The notes: generated by a model not told the origin, from the sequence alone. Positions 8,362 to 17,021 are shown, counted from the first letter of the stretch. The stretch: DNA of 37,882 nucleotides from a virus (IMGVR_UViG_3300043437_000215:1-37882); one strand, 5' to 3'. A program made the numbers and translations.

Positions 8362-8598
8362 TTATTTGTTTCTGTTTTGCAAATTAATGTTATTCTTGTG
8401 CAGAAGCATCAGCCAGTTCAATGCCTTAATCGTATAGGTTCGATGCACTGATGTGCCATGCGCAGCTGTTGTCAGATACCTCGCAAGCGATTGGTGAGCC
8501 TGTTTCGTTGAGGTATAAGTTAGCGGCCCATCCACAAGCGTTGCCTCATCTGGAAGCATCTCGGTCATGTAGTGAATTATCTTGTCGTACTTAGTCAT
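8362..8598 (-). CDS. Hypothetical protein (78 aa)
   Basis: Start overlaps the end of the VRR-NUC gene. Confidence 0.6.
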   Translation of the reverse strand: MTKYDKIIHYMTEMLPDEATLVDGPLTYTSTKQAHQSLARYLTTAAHGTSVHRTYTIKALNWLMLLHKNNINLQNRNK

Positions 8599-8917
8599 GG
8601 TTTATGATGTTTAAGAATTCTTCTTCATTGCGCACTATGTGGTACTCATGGCCGAGCGATCGGCATATCTTTTCAAATCGCTTTTGCTCTTCCGACTGCT
8701 TGCCGGTGTCCGTCTTCCATTCAATCCAGCATGTCCGACCTTCCGGCTTCAGGTAGCACATATCGGCAACGCCAGGCACAACTCCCATAGCTTTGTTCAT
8801 TGCGCCCTTGATGCCGTTCACGCTGTTGTTATTGATGGCGAAAACTCTTCCACGCAAGTCGGGGCGGGCGTTCCATAGGTTTGTGAATGCTTTGGATTGG
8901 GCTTTTACTTCGCTCAT
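8591..8917 (-). CDS. VRR-NUC domain nuclease (putative Holliday junction resolvase)
   Basis: 'GV..GVAD', 'IEWK..TGKQS.EQ' PD-(D/E)xK VRR-NUC pattern. Likely start ATG at 8917. Confidence 0.85.
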   Translation of the reverse strand: MSEVKAQSKAFTNLWNARPDLRGRVFAINNNSVNGIKGAMNKAMGVVPGVADMCYLKPEGRTCWIEWKTDTGKQSEEQKRFEKICRSLGHEYHIVRNEEEFLNIINHD

Positions 8918-8920
8918 AAT

Positions 8921-9209
8921 TGTTGCCACTTAGTAAGGTGGCAACAATGTTTTTGACTGCCAAAAACGCTTGTGTCGCAATCGCTGCAATGCTTACAGCG
9001 ATTTGTTGCCACTTGGGCCAAAAAAAGCCCTGTTAGTATAATATGTGTGTGTGTGTGCATGTGTGTGTGTGTGTATATATAAATATTGTTAAGGTATGAA
9101 AGTAAGTGGCAACAGTGGCAACAAATGGCTATAAGGCTTGGTATAATTGGGCTTAGCGTGTTGCCACTTGCTTTTTTGAAGTGGCAACAAAGTGGCAACA
9201 GTGGCAACA
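8921..9209. repeat. Putative replication origin: nine GTGGCAACA repeats in both orientations around a (TG)n/(TA)n tract
   Basis: Direct copies at 8938, 9106, 9115, 9181, 9192, 9201; inverted copies at 8921, 9004, 9159; TG/TA dinucleotide run at ~9038-9080. Non-coding gap directly after the primase gene. Confidence 0.75.
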
Positions 9210-9211
9210 TA

Positions 9212-11335
9212 TCACATCGGATTTTTATTGATAAGGTACATTCTAACAATCGAATTACCTCTTCTTTTGCGGTCTTGCGTATAGCCTAATGCAGTGAGTA
9301 TCGAACCAATACGCTGCGTGTTGAGGTAGTTGAACTTGGTTTCAATCATAAGGTACTGCTGGATATCAGTTAGCGACATCCACTCGCCATAGCTTTCGGA
9401 ATTTGCCGGACTCAGCTTCTTGTGGATTAGGTCCTCTTCAGGTGTTGAGTGCTTGAACGCATCAGTTGATTGGTTCAGTTCTTCGATATCTTGGCGCAAT
9501 ACTGTGTAATCCCAGCCGTTGCGATACATGGCATAAATCTCACGCCATAAGGCAACCTTATCGCACTTGTTGTATTCATTTTGGTCAATCCCAAGTATGT
9601 GAATCGGAATCTGCCTACGGTTACCAGTTGGATCGTTAAGTATCTGCGTTTCGTTCGATGTACCGCAAAAGACTGCAAGCCTACGAAGGTCGAGCGACAC
9701 GCGGCCATATGGTTCGCGCACGTTGATGAACTCCTTCGATGTGAGTTCCTTGAGTCGCTTCTCTTCCTTTTTGGATTTACCGCCGTATTCGTCATCGAGT
9801 ATAATCAACTTCAGGCACATGAGAATCTCGTCATCCTTCCCGGCATCCATCTTTGACTCAGCGAATAGGTACCTGAGCTGCTTGGGTAGCAAGTAGCGGA
9901 ACCAGTGAGTCTTTCCTGTTCCTTGCTTCTCGCCTGAGAATATGAGCACCAATGGCGAGTGATTGCCATAGGCAGATGCCACCACTGAGACCAGCCATTT
10001 GCAGATCCACTTGTCTGCATTTGGTGTGTCAGTGATTACGCTGTTAAGCAGATGGGTAAGATTCGGGCATTCGTCCTCGGTGTGCAGTTCATCTTCAAAG
10101 AACTCATGCAAAGGGTTGTATGTCTCGATGCGATTTGAGAAAATTATGGAAGTAACCAGGTCTTTTGTGGACTCTTTGAACACGGCTTTGCAATCGAGAA
10201 AAATCGAGTTAATGTCACTGTCATCGATGGCCCTTCCGTTGAGTTCAATCTTGCGCGTAACTACGTTTTTTCTTAGGTCGAAAGTTCGGATAAACGCCGC
10301 AATGTCAGCGCTTACGTTCTCCGATTTGAATTTAATATCCTTTGCTACTATCTCATTGACAACTTTCGTGCTTTCTTCAGGGCTGATGCCTGCCACTTCG
10401 AGCGACTTGACGATGGCTTCAGGCGAAAGCCCAGCGGCACGTTGCGAGCTCGCAGCGCGGAGAATCTCTTTGGTCTGCTCGGAGTAGGCTTGTATGCCGT
10501 TTTGCTTGGCGTGGTAGTAAATGGTTGCGATTGTTGACCGCTTGCCCTTGCTTTCGCTGTGGTTCTTCAGGCATGCAGTGTACTGGGCATTGCAGTCATC
10601 GGAGTTGTACTTGGAAGAGTGCGATGACAGCGTGTGAAAGTAGTCGCGACCACCTTCGCCAAATTCGGATACCAGTGCGTAGGCGATTTGAATCCACTCG
10701 GAGTAATCTTCGCAGAGGTTAATTCCTTTGCGATCCATCGCGGCGATCATGGCATCGAAGTCGGTTTTAACTACCGCGACCTTTGCGAGCTTGCGCTCCT
10801 TCGGCTTGGCGAGGTACTTCTTAAACATGACGGCCTTGGTGTTGATGTGAATCCAAGGGTCATAAGAGATGAAGCGAGCACGCGATACGTTCTTGCCTGA
10901 CTGGTCAACGATAAGTTGGTAGGTGTGGTATAAGTAGGATGCGATGCCATTAAACGCATCGAGATGGCGTGTGCCATCGATTTTCATTATCAGGCATAGT
11001 CCATGTCCACTGATGGAAGTAAACGCAGCGTAAACGTAAGAATCGCCTTGTACGAGCTTCTTGGTATCTTCAGGATTGTCGATGTTATCGATGTCGATGG
11101 CAATGAATCCAGAGTGCGCTCGGATGGCATCGTCCTTTCGAGCGGAGAATGAGCCGCTGATGGTGACAAGCGGTGCGGTTTTCTTGAGCTTGTCACGTTC
11201 GGCCTTGTCGGCTGTTGCGCGAACTTGCAAGACTATGTCCTGCCATTTGCCTGTTCTGACTCCTTCCAGAAAGGAGCTGAGTTCGATGTCAATGTCTTGA
11301 CTGTCATAGATGTTTTTGTAGTGTGAGATGAGCAT
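9212..11335 (-). CDS. Primase-helicase: VirE N-terminal (BT4734-like) domain + PriCT-2 + VapE/VirE-like P-loop ATPase
   Basis: 'LKKTAP.VT.SG.F', IAIDID, FTSISG.GL, 'YSEW..IAYAL', Walker A GEKQGTGKT, ILDDE, REPYGR, FCGTSN, DPTGNRR. Confidence 0.9.
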   Translation of the reverse strand: MLISHYKNIYDSQDIDIELSSFLEGVRTGKWQDIVLQVRATADKAERDKLKKTAPLVTISGSFSARKDDAIRAHSGFIAIDIDNIDNPEDTKKLVQGDSYVYAAFTSISGHGLCLIMKIDGTRHLDAFNGIASYLYHTYQLIVDQSGKNVSRARFISYDPWIHINTKAVMFKKYLAKPKERKLAKVAVVKTDFDAMIAAMDRKGINLCEDYSEWIQIAYALVSEFGEGGRDYFHTLSSHSSKYNSDDCNAQYTACLKNHSESKGKRSTIATIYYHAKQNGIQAYSEQTKEILRAASSQRAAGLSPEAIVKSLEVAGISPEESTKVVNEIVAKDIKFKSENVSADIAAFIRTFDLRKNVVTRKIELNGRAIDDSDINSIFLDCKAVFKESTKDLVTSIIFSNRIETYNPLHEFFEDELHTEDECPNLTHLLNSVITDTPNADKWICKWLVSVVASAYGNHSPLVLIFSGEKQGTGKTHWFRYLLPKQLRYLFAESKMDAGKDDEILMCLKLIILDDEYGGKSKKEEKRLKELTSKEFINVREPYGRVSLDLRRLAVFCGTSNETQILNDPTGNRRQIPIHILGIDQNEYNKCDKVALWREIYAMYRNGWDYTVLRQDIEELNQSTDAFKHSTPEEDLIHKKLSPANSESYGEWMSLTDIQQYLMIETKFNYLNTQRIGSILTALGYTQDRKRRGNSIVRMYLINKNPM

Positions 11336-12801
11336 AGTTCTGTGAGTTTACTGTTTACGAGGTTTCGATGGAACTGGTCAAAGCGTTTGCCTTTTTCGCG
11401 GCACCAGAGCCTCGCAAGTTCGTGAATTTCTTTTTCGATTTGTGCGTGGTGCTGATGTGTTGGATTGTGAAATATGCGCACAGCCTTGTTGAAAACTTGC
11501 TCAACTATCACATAGAGAGAACGATAATCCTTATAATGTGCATTTGATTCGATTAGTTTTTTTACATCAATAGCCTTTGATACTTGGATGAACTTCTCGA
11601 TGGCTTCGTCCTTTGGCTTGATTACTGGGAAGACATGGCCGCAAGGAAATAACATCCCGAGATATTGCGCATCGCATATCTTCTTTGCGGTGTGATGCAG
11701 AGCTCCGCACTTTGGGCACTGCCTAACTGGAGCTACTCCATTGCCTGGCTTCTTCGGGTTGTGGAAGATATCGCTCCAGTTGCGAGGCGAGGACCAGAGG
11801 CCATGTGTCATGCAGTTCCCTCCAAGGTCTATGATGGTAAATGCGAGCTTGACATTATGCGGCCTTGCACCGCGCCCGCACATCTGAAGCCATAAGGGCA
11901 TTGATGCTGTGGCCTTGTTTACTATTACGGTCTCGATGTCGGGCTGGTCGAATCCGGTAGTGGCGATGCCGATGTTGTTGAGAATTGCATCGGGTGTGTT
12001 GGCAAACCATTGCAGCACCTCAGCCCGATCAGGCGAGCCAGCATCGAGATGTCGCGAGTTGAATCCAGCGGCTTGGAATGCTGTATTGACGGCCATCGAG
12101 TGCTCGACATTGCAATTGAAGATTATGGTCTTGCGGCCAAGTGAGTGTGCCTTGTAGGCGTTAACTGTTGTCTCGATGTACTTAGGTGCTTTGAATGCAG
12201 CTGCCATCTGTGCTGCATCGAACTCGCCAGCTTTCATCTTTAGCTTTGCGCGGTCTACAATCTGAGCGGCTGAGTAGGTCAGCTCTGGGCATAAGTAGCC
12301 TTGTTCGATTAGGTCGGGGATATCGATGCCGCACACGATGTCATCGAAGTAGTTGCGCAAGGGATTGGTCTTGCGAGCTGCCAATGGCGTTGCTGTGAAG
12401 CCAATGATATACTGAGAGGTGAAGTGCTCGATGACCTTTGTGAAATTGCCGATATGCACCTCATCGACAATGACCAACCCGATGTTAGTGAACTTGTCCA
12501 GCCGCTTGTAAGCAGTCTCAACCATTGCCACATAAACGCGAGCATGCGGGATTGACTTCATCCCAGCGGTTACGGGCTGCGATGGTATGCGAATCGCTTT
12601 AGTGGCCTGTGCGAGTAGTTCTTCACGATGCACAAGGATTAGGATGTCCGTGCTGTTGCGTGCTGTGAAGCGGTCACATATCGCAGAAAAGCATACGGTT
12701 TTGCCTCCACCAGTTGCCAGCTGCGCGACAACCTTGCGATTGCTGCGCAGGCTCGCTGCGATGTTATTGATGAAAGTATCTTGGTATGGCCTGAGTTTCA
12801 T
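11233..12801 (-). CDS. SF2 DEAD/DEAH-like helicase (RadD/YejH-like) with C-terminal Zn ribbon
   Basis: LRPYQ, LATGGGKT, DEVH, TATP, QMCGRGAR, CPKCG. Confidence 0.92.
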   Translation of the reverse strand: MKLRPYQDTFINNIAASLRSNRKVVAQLATGGGKTVCFSAICDRFTARNSTDILILVHREELLAQATKAIRIPSQPVTAGMKSIPHARVYVAMVETAYKRLDKFTNIGLVIVDEVHIGNFTKVIEHFTSQYIIGFTATPLAARKTNPLRNYFDDIVCGIDIPDLIEQGYLCPELTYSAAQIVDRAKLKMKAGEFDAAQMAAAFKAPKYIETTVNAYKAHSLGRKTIIFNCNVEHSMAVNTAFQAAGFNSRHLDAGSPDRAEVLQWFANTPDAILNNIGIATTGFDQPDIETVIVNKATASMPLWLQMCGRGARPHNVKLAFTIIDLGGNCMTHGLWSSPRNWSDIFHNPKKPGNGVAPVRQCPKCGALHHTAKKICDAQYLGMLFPCGHVFPVIKPKDEAIEKFIQVSKAIDVKKLIESNAHYKDYRSLYVIVEQVFNKAVRIFHNPTHQHHAQIEKEIHELARLWCREKGKRFDQFHRNLVNSKLTELCSSHTTKTSMTVKTLTSNSAPFWKESEQANGRT

Positions 12802-13912
12802 ACTGCTCGATTGCTTTGAATATTTGGTAAACGACTTGAGGCACTATGGCGTTTCCTCCGGCTTTGATGGATTCGTTTCGCCACTTAGAAAAGGTAATTC
12901 CGTCCAGTCCGGAGGAAAGCCCATCATTTCGAGAACAAATTGGGGATTGAGTTGGGAATTGTAACCAACCTGGTTGTGAATTACCATTGCTAAATCTTCT
13001 TGTCTGCCCTTGTCTTTTCTGTTCTTCCAATACGCTTCTTTGTCTGAGTGTTTTGTCAAAGAAGTTGTCGGTGTCGGCAACATTGTTACCCATTTGGCTA
13101 TGTGTTCCTCCAGATTCCCTTTGTTCCTGTTGGCTAAACTTTCGGAGTTCAGGTCGCATCCATTCACCTGGTTGGCTCTCGGTGTCGGCAATAACCCCAT
13201 CGCCATTGCTCGGCAAAGGGTTACACTGTGCATCGAGCCCTCCTTCACTTGACTGCTCTTCATCGTTGCCGTTGCGTTGGTTGAGTCCATTGCTGTCGGG
13301 GTTGGGAGTAGGCCGTTCATCGCTAAGTCCTTCAATGGTGCGCTTCCGTTGTGTCCTTGGTTGCTTATTATTCTTCCCGATTGCGTTATTTGCCGAGGAG
13401 GGTTCTGCATCATGTCCATTGCCTGAGGCGTAGGCAACAAACCAGACTCTGTCTCTTCGGTGCGGTGCGTTGACGGCACAAGCTGGAAGTACATACGGTT
13501 GTACTTCGTACCCTTCAGCTTCCAAATCAGCCTGCACCTCGTGGAAGACCAACCCTCCTGACCAATTAACAAGCCCGAAAACGTTTTCGCCCACAACCCA
13601 ACGCGGCCGAATTTCTCGAATCGCTCTAAGCATCTCCGGCCAGAGGTGTCGCTCATCTTCTTTTCCAAGTCGCTTTCCGGCCATTGAGTATGGCTGGCAA
13701 GGGAATCCCCCTGTGAGGATGTCAATTCTGCCTCTGTGAATAGTGAAATCTGTTTTGGTAATGTCTTCATAACTGATTGCATTTGGAAAGTGATATTTTA
13801 ATACTTTTTGCCCGAATGAATTCCACTCGCAATGGAATATGTTCTCCCATCCCATCCATTCGGCAGCGAGGTCAAAGCCGCCAATTCCGCTAAATAGTGA
13901 TCCGTGTGTCAT
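12764..13912 (-). CDS. DNA (cytosine-5)-methyltransferase, large (alpha-like) polypeptide lacking motif IX
   Basis: Motif I SLFSGIGG, IV GGFPCQPYS, VI ENV, VIII HRRDRVW, X GNAIVPQV. The central region is low-complexity. Confidence 0.9.
   Translation of the reverse strand: MTHGSLFSGIGGFDLAAEWMGWENIFHCEWNSFGQKVLKYHFPNAISYEDITKTDFTIHRGRIDILTGGFPCQPYSMAGKRLGKEDERHLWPEMLRAIREIRPRWVVGENVFGLVNWSGGLVFHEVQADLEAEGYEVQPYVLPACAVNAPHRRDRVWFVAYASGNGHDAEPSSANNAIGKNNKQPRTQRKRTIEGLSDERPTPNPDSNGLNQRNGNDEEQSSEGGLDAQCNPLPSNGDGVIADTESQPGEWMRPELRKFSQQEQRESGGTHSQMGNNVADTDNFFDKTLRQRSVLEEQKRQGQTRRFSNGNSQPGWLQFPTQSPICSRNDGLSSGLDGITFSKWRNESIKAGGNAIVPQVVYQIFKAIEQYETQAIPRYFHQ
12844..13782 (-). CDS. Nested out-of-frame C5-methyltransferase small (beta-like) polypeptide with motif IX and four LPTP units
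   Basis: 312 stop-free codons in the +1 frame inside the MTase gene; ends with LNPQFVLEMMGFPPDWT (motif IX-like). Confidence 0.75.
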   Translation of the reverse strand: MQSVMKTLPKQISLFTEAELTSSQGDSLASHTQWPESDLEKKMSDTSGRRCLERFEKFGRVGLWAKTFSGLLIGQEGWSSTRCRLIWKLKGTKYNRMYFQLVPSTHRTEETESGLLPTPQAMDMMQNPPRQITQSGRIISNQGHNGSAPLKDLAMNGLLPTPTAMDSTNATATMKSSQVKEGSMHSVTLCRAMAMGLLPTPRANQVNGCDLNSESLANRNKGNLEEHIAKWVTMLPTPTTSLTKHSDKEAYWKNRKDKGRQEDLAMVIHNQVGYNSQLNPQFVLEMMGFPPDWTELPFLSGETNPSKPEETP

Positions 13913-14162
13913 CTTTTTTATTCCAAGGTTTATGTCCTTTGGTGAATCTATTCTTCACCCCGGCAATTGCCACAACTTTGCCGTGCACCTCTCGGATATA
14001 CTCAGGCGCTTTTTTTAGCCCGAGCTTATGCGCAATGTTGTAAACGCTCGACTCAGATATGCCAAGCACTTTGGCAATCTCTGCCGTCTTGGTGTGCGAG
14101 TAATACTCCACAACGTAATCGATTACAAGCTGGCCGTGTCGCTTACTTCCCATAGTTACCAT
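13890..14162 (-). CDS. HTH-like protein resembling the N-terminal half of phage HNH endonucleases, with no HNH domain
   Basis: 'TAEIAKVLG.SESSVYN.A.KLGLKK' and 'RFTKGHKPWNK', then a stop. Confidence 0.6.
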   Translation of the reverse strand: MVTMGSKRHGQLVIDYVVEYYSHTKTAEIAKVLGISESSVYNIAHKLGLKKAPEYIREVHGKVVAIAGVKNRFTKGHKPWNKKDDTRITI

Positions 14163-14733
14163 CGAATTGATTGAGAAAGCCTGCGATTAGCTGGAATGCA
14201 TGGTCGAGTTCTTGCTGGTTGTGGCGGTAGAGGTAGAGGTCTTTGAACTGCCCCGACTTCTTAACCTTTGGCGGCACTCCAATGTAGTAGAAGTCTTTCG
14301 GATCCCAGCCCATCAGCATGCAATACCACACAGCCTGCACATGGTTGAAGTGCTTTATCATGTCATCGGCAAAGGCTTGCAGATTTTTGGCCGTTGTGGT
14401 CTTCACATCAGCGATTATCTTCATCTCATCCCAGCAGATATCCATCGCACCCTTTGCGAGCACGGTCTTATCCCCGAAAGTCAGTTCAGTGACAACGATG
14501 CGCTCCTTCTCGCTTTTGTCGAAGAGCTCACCAAGCAGCTCGACCTGGTGAATTGCATCGTAGGTGTTGCGCACTGCATCGCCCATCTCTGAGTAGTCGC
14601 ATTCAAGTAGTGAGTAGTGGAAGTCCTTGCCATAGTTCAGCGATGCCTTAGCGTAGCTGATGTCTCCAGTGTAGTGCCGTTTGATGCGGCTTGCGCTTAC
14701 CGCTGGGTAAGTGATATATTCTTCGCGTGTCAT
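14143..14733 (-). CDS. PD-(D/E)xK exonuclease (RecE/DUF3799-like)
   Basis: 'AVSAS.IK', 'G..FH...LE', 'KGAMD', 'IADVKTT', 'QAVWY'. Confidence 0.8.
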   Translation of the reverse strand: MTREEYITYPAVSASRIKRHYTGDISYAKASLNYGKDFHYSLLECDYSEMGDAVRNTYDAIHQVELLGELFDKSEKERIVVTELTFGDKTVLAKGAMDICWDEMKIIADVKTTTAKNLQAFADDMIKHFNHVQAVWYCMLMGWDPKDFYYIGVPPKVKKSGQFKDLYLYRHNQQELDHAFQLIAGFLNQFDGNYGK

Positions 14734-14945
14734 GAGTTGAATGTCTCGGTAAAATATTCGTTAGCTGTTTGCGGACCTTCTTTTATGCCTTCGAGCTTTC
14801 CGGCTGAATACATCTGCATCATGTATTCGCGCTCAACTACCTTGGCGGTTTCGAATGCCTCTGCAAAGAAAGGCCCCATCTCTGATGTGAGCTTGTTCTG
14901 AATGGTTAGTCGCAGCCATTCAACTGCTGTCATTTTAGTTGGCAT
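14730..14945 (-). CDS. Hypothetical protein (71 aa, 'TAVEWL' type)
   Basis: ATGA-coupled to the exonuclease gene. Confidence 0.65.
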   Translation of the reverse strand: MPTKMTAVEWLRLTIQNKLTSEMGPFFAEAFETAKVVEREYMMQMYSAGKLEGIKEGPQTANEYFTETFNS

Positions 14946-14956
14946 GTTTTAGCTTG

Positions 14957-15331
14957 TTATAGTGTTTCGATTTCTTTCAATGTTTCTAAAAGTCCTTTGG
15001 CATGTTTAGCGAATTTGCATACATTACTCCATTCTTCAGCAGTTCTTGAATCAGTTGTGCAATTGCCATAATAATATTTTGAATTTGAAATACTGCCTTT
15101 TATTTTGCCTTTATAATCTTCATGAATAATGGTAGTAAATACATCATTTTTATCAGATACCTTACTAATTTTAACATTTATAGAAGGAGGTAATGTTTCA
15201 ACCCCTATTGGCTGAATGGTTATATGAATAACAAATCCTTCTATTTCATGATAAATCTCTTTTGCAATATTCCGATTATCAAATTGATCTACAATTGTCT
15301 TGACTTCAATAAGTTCTTTTACTGGTTTCAT
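14957..15331 (-). CDS. AT-rich accessory hypothetical protein (124 aa)
   Basis: Likely start MKPVKELIEVK at 15331, just after the upstream stop; visibly lower GC than the flanks. Confidence 0.65.
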   Translation of the reverse strand: MKPVKELIEVKTIVDQFDNRNIAKEIYHEIEGFVIHITIQPIGVETLPPSINVKISKVSDKNDVFTTIIHEDYKGKIKGSISNSKYYYGNCTTDSRTAEEWSNVCKFAKHAKGLLETLKEIETL

Positions 15332-15333
15332 GT

Positions 15334-15957
15334 TTATCGTGTTATGGTTTGTATTTGTTCTTCGTAAATCTCGATGCCAGCGATGGCGGTCACTCCGCAT
15401 TTCTCCATTGCCTTGAGCAAGTTTTGCGTGAGGTCTTCGGGCTTGTACATTCCCGAGCCGAACAGCACACTGAGTACCTTCATCCAATCCACTTCGCCAG
15501 TGATGCGAGTGCGGCGGATTGTGCGAATACCTTTGATGTGGCTGTGCTGGATGCTAACATCAGCGAGCTGATCGGTCAAGTCGGCCATCGAGCGGGATTG
15601 CTCCTGTATGCGCTTTTGTTCTTCTTGCTGCTTGCGATTAAGCTCGGCGGTGTACTTCAGCATCTCAGCTTTGGTGGATGCGATGAAAGCCTGGAGAGGC
15701 TCGGTGGCATCTGTCTCGATGCGCATGAGTTCTTTTTTGTAGGCATCGAGCGGACCGGTGACCATCTTACGCGCATCTTGAATTGCCTTAACAGCGGCGT
15801 TAACCTGAGCGATGGCATTAGATGCGGCGGTGTATTGGTTTGGGCTTTCGATTGGCTGAATGTTAGCCGTTAGCCTCTGAGCATTTAATGTCTCAGGAGA
15901 ATTTATTGATTGATACAATTTCTCGATAGGAATTGTTATCTTTGCGATACTGTTCAT
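15334..15957 (-). CDS. Coiled-coil recombination-region protein (Gam/Gp157/DUF1351-like)
   Basis: 'K.I.DARK..T.PL' coiled coil and C-terminal 'IAGIEIYEEQ'; lies between the SSB-like and exonuclease genes. Confidence 0.55.
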   Translation of the reverse strand: MNSIAKITIPIEKLYQSINSPETLNAQRLTANIQPIESPNQYTAASNAIAQVNAAVKAIQDARKMVTGPLDAYKKELMRIETDATEPLQAFIASTKAEMLKYTAELNRKQQEEQKRIQEQSRSMADLTDQLADVSIQHSHIKGIRTIRRTRITGEVDWMKVLSVLFGSGMYKPEDLTQNLLKAMEKCGVTAIAGIEIYEEQIQTITR

Positions 15958-15972
15958 GTGTTTTATTTTAGT

Positions 15973-16009
15973 AAAAGCCCGGCTATAGTGTGTATGCCGG
16001 GCTTTTTTT
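15973..16009. terminator. Intrinsic terminator hairpin, potentially bidirectional
   Basis: aaaagcccggc-tatagtgtgtat-gccgggcttttttt. Confidence 0.75.
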
Positions 16010-16020
16010 GTGGTTAGAAA

Positions 16021-16668
16021 TTAGAATGGAGTCTTATCGTCTGACTCTGAAAATAGTGAATCGAAGTCTGTGGCCGATGCCTCCCACGTTGGCGCTGGCA
16101 CAGCTGGCTTGGAGGTAGTTCGCGCAATCCATTCATCGCTCTTGCGAATATCTTCCTGAAGGAACTCCGGCAGCTTTGCGAATACCTCAGCATTGTGCTC
16201 GGTTGTGTCATAGGTCAAAAGCTCGTTGATGGCAGGGGGGCAAGCGAAGCCCTTTGGCAGCGGAGAGATGCTCATGATGTTGGCGTATGTCCTGTCCTCT
16301 TTGCCATTGTGGGCGATGTTAATCATCCCGGGATGTCCGAGTAGCTTTGTGATGTCGAAGTCAGCGGCTTGCGCATCTGTGAGCTTCTTGCCAATCCATG
16401 ACTCGATGAACTTGCGAAGGGATGCCTTCTCGCCCATTGTGAGGTTGAATACTGTCTTAACATAGAACGGCTGTTCGCCTTTGTCCTCGCTGAATACAGC
16501 GGTCTCGGTTGGCAGTTCAAAGAGAAATTGAACTTTGCGTTTCTTGTTGCCCCACTTCTCGTCAAAGGTTGTGCCCTTGTCGATGATTTGGTAGCAGCGC
16601 GCAGGATATGCGCCTTCGGGTGCGATTTGGCGGGTTTGACTTCCGCCTGAGTTTACTGGTGCTTTCAT
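16021..16668 (-). CDS. Putative single-stranded DNA-binding/replication protein (NGO0469-like)
   Basis: 'EG.Y.ARC..IID.GT', 'KA.LRKF.ESW.GK', 'YANI.SISPLPKG', acidic tail ending DDKTPF typical of SSBs. Confidence 0.7.
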   Translation of the reverse strand: MKAPVNSGGSQTRQIAPEGAYPARCYQIIDKGTTFDEKWGNKKRKVQFLFELPTETAVFSEDKGEQPFYVKTVFNLTMGEKASLRKFIESWIGKKLTDAQAADFDITKLLGHPGMINIAHNGKEDRTYANIMSISPLPKGFACPPAINELLTYDTTEHNAEVFAKLPEFLQEDIRKSDEWIARTTSKPAVPAPTWEASATDFDSLFSESDDKTPF

Positions 16669-16678
16669 GATTAAAAGA

Positions 16679-16990
16679 TTAAATTGAGGTTAAAAGTGCT
16701 TGAGTTGATTGTTCGTGAAGGTATTCAGTGACGAATGCAAACTGGTTGTGGAATTCTTCCATGTTGCAAGGGTCATAGATGCGCTTCTCAGGTGCCACGC
16801 CGTGCTCCATCGAGCGGTGATACTGGCGTGCGAGGTTAGCGGCTTGAGAGTCGCATCGGGTGTAAAGGCCCTTGATGCATCCGTCATTTACAACCATGAC
16901 CATAGTGCCGGTGAGGTGGTTGTAGTGAAAGAATTCAGTGCCCTTCCAATTCTTGAAGGTTGTCGCTGGTGATAGTTCTGGTGTGTTCAT
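16679..16990 (-). CDS. Hypothetical early protein (103 aa)
   Basis: First gene after the promoter at 17014-17021. Confidence 0.7.
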   Translation of the reverse strand: MNTPELSPATTFKNWKGTEFFHYNHLTGTMVMVVNDGCIKGLYTRCDSQAANLARQYHRSMEHGVAPEKRIYDPCNMEEFHNQFAFVTEYLHEQSTQALLTSI

Positions 16991-17013
16991 GATTTTTCGT
17001 TGTTTTGTTGAGG

Positions 17014-17021
17014 CAAATGTA
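17014..17021 (-). promoter_or_regulatory. Bacteroidota promoter (TTG-19 nt-TACATTTG) for the early/replication genes
   Basis: mRNA-sense ttg-tgaattcaaaataaggatt-tacatttg in an AT-rich gap. Confidence 0.7.

Noticed and set aside
8921-9209. CRISPR-like array
   Set aside because: The repeats are only 9 bp, occur in both orientations with irregular spacing, and no cas genes are present.
8914-9289. ORF-track entries 8914-9249 (-) and 9086-9289 (+)
   Set aside because: They are translations of the repeat and microsatellite tract (CCH, THTH, WQQ repeats).
11233-11335. Helicase-primase fusion by frameshift in their 103-nt overlap
   Set aside because: No slippery heptamer was noticed and the primase has its own plausible ATG; it looks like simple C-terminal run-on.
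15332-15487. N-terminal extension of ORF 14957-15487
   Set aside because: It overlaps the upstream gene out of frame; the composition shift and the ATG at 15331 mark the likely start.
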